Shown here: piece by piece, positions 27,305 to 32,000 of the stretch
Layout: every line of letters starts with the position of its first letter
Position numbering within the stretch: position 1 is the first letter of the stretch
Assembly: GCF_000007985.2 (NCBI RefSeq)
Contig: NC_002939.5
Coordinates: 3,600,001 to 3,632,000, forward strand
Length of the DNA stretch: 32,000 bases
Direction: 5' to 3'
From: Geobacter sulfurreducens PCA
GTDB lineage: Bacteria > Desulfobacterota > Desulfuromonadia > Geobacterales > Geobacteraceae
Made by a program: the position numbers and the translations under genes
The notes under the pieces: generated by a model
The model's input: the letters and a program-made list of their open reading frames with translations, nothing else
What the model was told of the DNA's origin: nothing
Databases searched by the model: none

Positions 27305-27352
27305 AAACCCTTTCCGCGCCTGAATTTCGGGGGCGCAAAGGGTTTGTCTTTT
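27305..27352 (+). terminator. Terminator-like hairpin inside the porin leader (attenuator, or 3' end of a small RNA)
   Basis: AAACCCTTT(CC)GCGCC (27305-27320) / GGCGCAAAGGGTTT (27332-27345), 14 bp with a 2-nt bulge, followed by GTCTTTT (27346-27352). Confidence 0.5.
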
Positions 27353-27481
27353 GGAGGGGGTACCATCGGGATACGTATCCGATACTTGATCTGAAAGGTG
27401 GTGATCAACGAGGTTTCTCACGCATTCAGGCAGTTTTAGCCAGTAATCCATGCTGTTTTATCACCAATGAAGGAGGCAACG

Positions 27482-28855
27482 ATGAAAAAGAAGATTTTTG
27501 CTGTGGCCGCCGCCGGCGCCCTGACCGCTGCGACGGCAGTTCCGGCCCTGGCGCTGGAGAACGAGTTTCACGGGATGTTCCGGGTTAACGGTTTCATCTC
27601 CAACTTCGCCGACGGTGCTTCGGGCGCAACCAAAATTACCGCCCAGGACCCCAAAACCAGAAACTTTCTTGAGCAGCGCGCCCGCCTGCTCTACATGGCC
27701 AAGGCCAATGACGATCTCAAGCTCATTACCCACTTCGAGATCGACTCAACCTGGGGCAAGTCCTCCTACGTAGTCGGAAGATCGAACGATGGCGGCGCTC
27801 TCGGCGCGGACAGCGTCAACATTGAGACCAAAAACGTTTACCTCGACTTCAACATCCCCTCGACCCCGCTGAACGTCAAGGTCGGTATCCAGCCCATCAG
27901 CGACTCGTACAAGGGCGTCTTCATCAATGCCGATGCGGCTGCCGTCCTTGCGGCCGCCAAAATGGGCGATGCCACCGTCGCACTCGGGTTCGCACGTCTC
28001 GACGATGCCGATACGTTCACCATCGGCTCTGCTGCGAACCGCTCTGCCACCACCCCGGGCAAAGCTACCCGCGACCTCTACATCGTCGACGGCAAATACA
28101 ACATCTCCAAAGACCTGAAGGTCGGCGGCTCCTACTATGCCCTGCTGGCGGACCAGAATGACACAACTCTCAACTTCGCTCTCCACACCATTGGTGTGAA
28201 TGCCGAGTACAAGTTCGATCCCGTGACCATCGACGGCTTCCTGCTCTATCAACGCGGCCGGACCAGCGGCACCGCCAAGGTCGACTTCGGCGGATGGGCC
28301 GCAAACGCCACCGCCAAGATGAAAGTCGGCCCCGGCACCCTGAAAACCTCCTTCCTCTACGCCTCCGGAGAGCAAAACGCCAATCCGGACAACTCCTCTT
28401 ACATGGGCGTGACCAACGAGACCTCCGGCGCCAACGGCGAGCACAGCTTCTATGAGTCCGAGATGATGATCATGTTCCGGAACAAGTACAACATCGGCGA
28501 CCGCGCTCTTGTGTACAACGTACAGAACGTCATCGGCGGATTCGTCGGCTACAATGCGAACATTACCTCCAAGGCATTCGCCATCGCCAACGTAGGCTTT
28601 GTTGCCGCCGACAAAGACAACACCACCTATGGCAATGCGCGCGTAACCGGCGAGGCGGGTCACAAGAGCAAGTACCTCGGTACCGAACTCAACGCCGAAG
28701 TCGGCTACAAGGTGTTTGACAACCTGACTGCCAGCGTACAGGGCGCCTACGTGATTCTCGGCGACTACTTCAAGGATACCGCCGGCACGGCGGCAAACCC
28801 CGAAGATCCCCGGAATCCGTACCTGACCCGCGTCATGCTGAACTACGCATTCTAA
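27482..28855 (+). CDS. ompJ: Major outer-membrane porin, OmpJ-like
   Basis: ATG 27482 after GAAGGAGG. Signal peptide MKKKIFAVAAAGALTAATAVPALA. Alternating amphipathic beta-strand pattern, Gly/Asn/Tyr-rich. C-terminal OMP signature ...MLNYAF. The 457-aa size matches the Geobacter OmpJ porin as I recall it. Confidence 0.8.
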   Translation: MKKKIFAVAAAGALTAATAVPALALENEFHGMFRVNGFISNFADGASGATKITAQDPKTRNFLEQRARLLYMAKANDDLKLITHFEIDSTWGKSSYVVGRSNDGGALGADSVNIETKNVYLDFNIPSTPLNVKVGIQPISDSYKGVFINADAAAVLAAAKMGDATVALGFARLDDADTFTIGSAANRSATTPGKATRDLYIVDGKYNISKDLKVGGSYYALLADQNDTTLNFALHTIGVNAEYKFDPVTIDGFLLYQRGRTSGTAKVDFGGWAANATAKMKVGPGTLKTSFLYASGEQNANPDNSSYMGVTNETSGANGEHSFYESEMMIMFRNKYNIGDRALVYNVQNVIGGFVGYNANITSKAFAIANVGFVAADKDNTTYGNARVTGEAGHKSKYLGTELNAEVGYKVFDNLTASVQGAYVILGDYFKDTAGTAANPEDPRNPYLTRVMLNYAF

Positions 28856-28867
28856 TTGCATCACCCC

Positions 28868-28903
28868 GTGTGCCGGGAGAAGATCGTTCTTCTTCCGGCA
28901 CAC
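28868..28903 (+). terminator. Hairpin after the porin gene (no clear U-tract)
   Basis: GTGTGCCGGGAGAAG (28868-28882) / CTTCTTCCGGCACAC (28889-28903), one mismatch, loop ATCGTT. Confidence 0.45.
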
Positions 28904-28980
28904 TGCCACTTGACATGGCACCGACACCTGATTAACTTGACTTCATCACAAACCCAACATTCCGATTCGGAGGTTATCTC

Positions 28981-29262
28981 ATGAAAAAAATGGCCATTAT
29001 GGTTATGGCAGCCTTCATGATGTCGGCTACAGTGCCGGCTCTCGCCGCTGAAATGACCAAGGAAGAAAAAGACATGTGCCTCCTGGCCTCCAAGAACTGC
29101 GCCACCGAGGTTGACTCCCTGCAGAAGAAGATCAAGAAGCTCAACGCCGAGATCAAGAAGGGCAAGAAGGTCTACTCGGCCGACGAAATCAAGAAGCTCC
29201 AGCAGAAGCTGGATGAAGCCAACGATCTGCTCGACTCGATTCTCAAGGGCGGCGGCAACTAG
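28981..29262 (+). CDS. Small secreted Lys-rich alpha-helical protein with a C-x6-C pair, unknown function
   Basis: 93 aa. SD GGAGG upstream. Signal peptide MKKMAIMVMAAFMMSATVPALA/AE. The mature part, EEKDMCLLASKNCATEVDSLQKKIKKLNAEIKKGKKVY...LQQKLDEANDLLDSILKGGGN, is heptad-like. Flanked by its own promoter-like sequence and terminator. Confidence 0.7.
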   Translation: MKKMAIMVMAAFMMSATVPALAAEMTKEEKDMCLLASKNCATEVDSLQKKIKKLNAEIKKGKKVYSADEIKKLQQKLDEANDLLDSILKGGGN

Positions 29263-29287
29263 GCCTAGTACGACACGGTTGTCCCCC

Positions 29288-29315
29288 GAGGGGAGAGGAA
29301 ACTCTCCCCTCTTTT
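29288..29315 (+). terminator. Rho-independent terminator
   Basis: GAGGGGAGAG-GAAA-CTCTCCCCTC, perfect 10-bp stem with a GNRA loop, followed by TTTT (29312-29315). Confidence 0.8.
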
Positions 29316-29357
29316 CGTTCAACACCCTGCACTGCCTGCATTTTTGCCACTATTGCT

Positions 29358-29386
29358 TTGACATGGCTGGTGCGGTTTGCAATAAT
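29358..29386 (+). promoter_or_regulatory. Candidate sigma70 promoter of the beta-propeller protein gene
   Basis: TTGACA (29358-29363), 17-nt spacer, AATAAT (29381-29386). Confidence 0.5.
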
Positions 29387-29441
29387 CTGCCGGTCACGGG
29401 TTCAGCCTACGTATCCAATTACAGAGCCTTCGGGGGCCACG

Positions 29442-30959
29442 ATGAAAAAGCTTGTCATTTTTGCCTGTTCCATGCTGCTTCTCATCCTTGCTGCCGGCAT
29501 CGCATCCGCAGCCCAGATCAAAGTGTACGTCTCGGAGTTTGCCATAACCGGTGCCGCCAACAAGGATGAACTGAAGACAACCCTCCAGACTCTTCTCGCT
29601 TCCCGCCTGAGCGGTGACTCGCTGCTGTCGGTGGATTCTCCGGCCGGCGCCGATGTCCTGGTAAAAGGGAGCTACATCGCCTTCGGCAAAATCTTCAGCA
29701 TCGATGCAGTGGCACGAGACGCCGGGGGCAGGGTTATCGCCCGGTCCTTCCAGCAGGGAGAGAGCCAGGATGAGCTGATCCCTGCAGTGGGCAAGCTCGG
29801 GCAAGGGCTTGCAACAGAGATTGCCGCCAAGGCGGTCGCCGCCCCATCCGCGCCGACACAGCCCCTGCGCAGCATGCCGACACCTGTTGCGCGCGACATC
29901 GAGAAACCGGAGCAGGCAAGCGGCGGCGACATCGTGCGCGCCCCCTTGGCCAGCGATATTGTGAAACCCCAGGATGTTACCAGGACAGCCAGCGGCGGGT
30001 GGCTCAGCCAACGGCTCACCGGCGAGCTCATTGCCATCACCCCCGGCAAGCTCATGGCCGATGGCTCCCAGGACTTCTACCTAGCCGGCGACAAGTCCCT
30101 TCGGCTGTATCGCAAAAGCGACAACCTCAAGCTCCTGGCTGAGGTAACCTTCGGGGCGCGGGAGAAGGTGCTCGGCATCGATTCGGCCGACCTGGACAAA
30201 GACGGCATTCCCGAGGCGTATGTGACCATCATGGACGGCGAATCCCTCGCCTCCCAGGTCTGGGTCGCCGACGGCAACAATCTCAAGCGGGTCGCGGCCA
30301 AGCTTCCCTACTATTTCCGCGGCATTGCCCTGGAAGGCGGTGAGCAGAAAATCTTTGTGCAGCAGATGAGCAACGACCGCGATTTCTACGGTGATATCTT
30401 CGAGCTGGTCAAATCGGGCAATTCCTACGAGGCAAAGAATCCTTTCAAGCTCCCCCGGTTCGGGTATCTCTACAATTTCAACCGCTTCCGCGACAAGACC
30501 GGCGCTGAAAACTGGGTGGTAATCAACGAAGACGGCTACCTCATCGTCTACTCCTCGTCCGGCGAAGAGCTATGGCGCAGCAGCGACAAATTCGGCGGCA
30601 GTGAAACCTACTTTCTCCGCGAAGACCTGGCCAACGTGCGCACCACCGGCGATCCCAACCGCTGGATATTTCTTGAGCAGCGCATCACCGTGACACCTGC
30701 GGGCGACGTGATCGTGCCCAAGAACGACGGCATGTTCGTGATCGGCAACAACCGAGCCTACAAAAAGAGCTCCATCTACTGCTTCGCCTGGAACGGCTCG
30801 TCGCTTGACGAAAAGTGGCATACCAAGCAAAGCCAGAACTATCTGCCCGACTATTTCTACGATCATAGCCGGCGGGAGCTGGTCAATCTCGAGATTGTCA
30901 AGAAAGAAGGGCTCCTGACCGGCGGCGCCAGCATGGTGGCGGTGCGCAAGGTCGAATGA
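29442..30959 (+). CDS. Secreted protein: N-terminal LpoB/CsgG-like small domain, Pro/Ala-rich repeat linker, C-terminal FG-GAP/VCBS-like beta-propeller
   Basis: The track ORF starts at the promoter TTG. ATG 29442 gives signal peptide MKKLVIFACSMLLLILAAGIASA/AQ (505 aa). DLDKDGIPEAYV is an FG-GAP-type Ca-binding-like motif. Repeated strand-turn segments occur (YLIVYSSSGEELWRS; IYCFAWNGSSLDEKW). Confidence 0.75.
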   Translation: MKKLVIFACSMLLLILAAGIASAAQIKVYVSEFAITGAANKDELKTTLQTLLASRLSGDSLLSVDSPAGADVLVKGSYIAFGKIFSIDAVARDAGGRVIARSFQQGESQDELIPAVGKLGQGLATEIAAKAVAAPSAPTQPLRSMPTPVARDIEKPEQASGGDIVRAPLASDIVKPQDVTRTASGGWLSQRLTGELIAITPGKLMADGSQDFYLAGDKSLRLYRKSDNLKLLAEVTFGAREKVLGIDSADLDKDGIPEAYVTIMDGESLASQVWVADGNNLKRVAAKLPYYFRGIALEGGEQKIFVQQMSNDRDFYGDIFELVKSGNSYEAKNPFKLPRFGYLYNFNRFRDKTGAENWVVINEDGYLIVYSSSGEELWRSSDKFGGSETYFLREDLANVRTTGDPNRWIFLEQRITVTPAGDVIVPKNDGMFVIGNNRAYKKSSIYCFAWNGSSLDEKWHTKQSQNYLPDYFYDHSRRELVNLEIVKKEGLLTGGASMVAVRKVE

Positions 30960-30989
30960 CCGCCTCCACCCGGACGGTAGTGCGCACTC

Positions 30990-31012
30990 AAGGGGCCCTT
31001 ACGGCCCCTTTT
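30990..31012 (+). terminator. Rho-independent terminator
   Basis: AAGGGGCC-CTTAC-GGCCCCTT, followed by TTCCGTGT. Confidence 0.65.
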
Positions 31013-31039
31013 CCGTGTGCCGACGCGGGGATATTATCA

Positions 31040-31068
31040 TTGACATGACCCAGCTCAACTGCTAGGAT
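31040..31068 (+). promoter_or_regulatory. Candidate sigma70 promoter of hisZ
   Basis: TTGACA (31040-31045), 17-nt spacer, TAGGAT (31063-31068). Confidence 0.4.
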
Positions 31069-31124
31069 TTTCGGGTTTTTCGTCCACTTTCCCCTCACGG
31101 GCCCCGACAGACAGGTCAACACAC

Positions 31125-32000
31125 GTGACTCCGATAACCCCCATAGAAGCCCCCCTTCCCAAGGGGGTTACAGACTTTCTCCCTGAAAAAGCCGACAAGA
31201 TCGGCTACATCGAGGGCAAAATCCGCAAAGTCTTCGAACTCTGGGGGTTCCGGCGGATCATCACGCCGCTCCTGGAGTTTGAAGACGTCATTGCCGCCGG
31301 ACTCGGCGACGACCTGAAGGCAAAAACCTTTCGCTTCGATGACCGCCAAAGCGGCAAACTGATTGCCGTTCCTTCCGACATCACTCCCCAGATTGCCCGC
31401 ATCGTAGCAACTCGGCTGAGAGGCTACCCCCTGCCCCACCGCATCTGCTACAGCGGTAGGGTGTTGCGTCACGCGGAACTCCAGTCGGGCCGGAGCCGCG
31501 AGATCTTCCAGTCGGGCGTAGAACTCATCGGCCTCGACTCACCCGAAGCGGACGCCGAAATGGTGACCATGGCGGTGGAAGCCCTCAAGGGACTCGGGTT
31601 CAGAGACTTCAAGATCGACCTGGGACACGTGGGATTCATTCGGGGAATCATGACGGCATCCGGGCTCGAAGTGGCGGTACGCAACCGGCTTCAGGAGGCC
31701 ATCGGCAAGAAGGACGTGTCTGCGGTCAGGTCGATCCTGGCGGAGTCGCCCCTCTCTGATGCGGCAAAGGATGAACTGGCCGCCCTTCCCCGCCTGTTCG
31801 GCGGCCGCGAGGTGCTGGACGAAGCCGGACGCGTGGCGACCAACGACACGTCGCGCCGGGCACTGGACAACATCTCGCAGGTTCTGGACTTACTCGATAT
31901 TCATGGAGTTTCAGATCATTTGACCATTGATCTGGGCGAAGTTCGCGGGCTTGACTACCATACCGGCCTCACCTTCGAAGGCTTCGTGACCGGCATGGGC
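31125..32000 (+). CDS. hisZ: ATP phosphoribosyltransferase regulatory subunit (HisRS paralogue), 5' part, runs off the window
   Basis: Absent from the ORF track because no stop lies in the window. GTG 31125 is the first start after the in-frame TAG at 31062, and 292 codons are open to position 32000. Translation: [55 protein letters not shown]...[15 protein letters not shown]...[13 protein letters not shown]. Class II HisRS-like core; the REIFQ.G.ELIG pattern favours HisZ over HisS. Confidence 0.75.
   Translation, partial: MTPITPIEAPLPKGVTDFLPEKADKIGYIEGKIRKVFELWGFRRIITPLLEFEDVIAAGLGDDLKAKTFRFDDRQSGKLIAVPSDITPQIARIVATRLRGYPLPHRICYSGRVLRHAELQSGRSREIFQSGVELIGLDSPEADAEMVTMAVEALKGLGFRDFKIDLGHVGFIRGIMTASGLEVAVRNRLQEAIGKKDVSAVRSILAESPLSDAAKDELAALPRLFGGREVLDEAGRVATNDTSRRALDNISQVLDLLDIHGVSDHLTIDLGEVRGLDYHTGLTFEGFVTGMG

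Noticed and set aside
27329-27345. GGGGCGCAAAGGG, resembling the GGGACGCAAAGCC core of GEMM-I cyclic-dinucleotide riboswitches
   Set aside because: The flanking GNRA-capped P1 hairpin, the GCAAACC element and the tetraloop-receptor stem are not evident. The segment is more simply the 3' arm of a terminator hairpin. An Rfam/Infernal scan would settle it.
27085-27408. 107-aa minus-strand ORF within the porin upstream region, and a 32-codon plus-strand ORF at 27040..27138
   Set aside because: Neither shows a coding-like codon bias, and the region is AT-rich. The minus-strand ORF has no SD. The plus-strand one has only a weak GGAAGG about 7 nt upstream and overlaps the predicted promoter. A noncoding role fits better.

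Overview
High-GC (about 60%) bacterial chromosomal window, densely coding, mostly on the + strand. Gene content and order resemble a Geobacter/Desulfuromonadales core chromosome; this is recognition only and needs a database search to confirm. I see no rRNA, tRNA, CRISPR array, transposase, integrase or phage genes. Modules in order: (1) trxA plus a TlpA/ResA-like thiol-disulfide oxidoreductase on the minus strand, divergent from a tetrapyrrole operon (SirC-like, CcsA/HemX-like, hemA, hemC, cobA-hemD fusion). (2) TatD-family hydrolase, TcdA, a stand-alone diiron ferritin-like protein, an FmdB zinc ribbon and a K+-independent-type membrane pyrophosphatase. (3) An oxidative-stress operon: PerR-like Fur regulator, a 36-aa rubredoxin-like mini-ORF below the ORF-track cutoff, a diiron rubrerythrin-like domain and a flavodiiron protein. 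(4) LarA-like racemase with a GlcD/GlcF-like 2-hydroxyacid dehydrogenase. (5) An XRE-cupin regulator followed by a propionyl-CoA to succinyl-CoA-type module: 574-aa carboxyltransferase, 959-aa biotin carboxylase-BCCP fusion, a thymidylate-kinase-like protein with degenerate catalytic motifs, a split mutase lacking its B12 domain, and an epimerase. (6) An envelope cluster: OmpJ-like porin behind a roughly 385-nt structured leader, a small Lys-rich secreted protein and a secreted beta-propeller protein. (7) The 5' part of hisZ, open at the window edge. The best candidates for something undescribed are the atypical carboxylase/Tmk-like/split-mutase operon, the apparently split reverse rubrerythrin, and the noncoding region upstream of the porin. 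None is a clear new system; most of the window is ordinary core metabolism. All coordinates and motifs were read by hand; no searches or folding computations were run.
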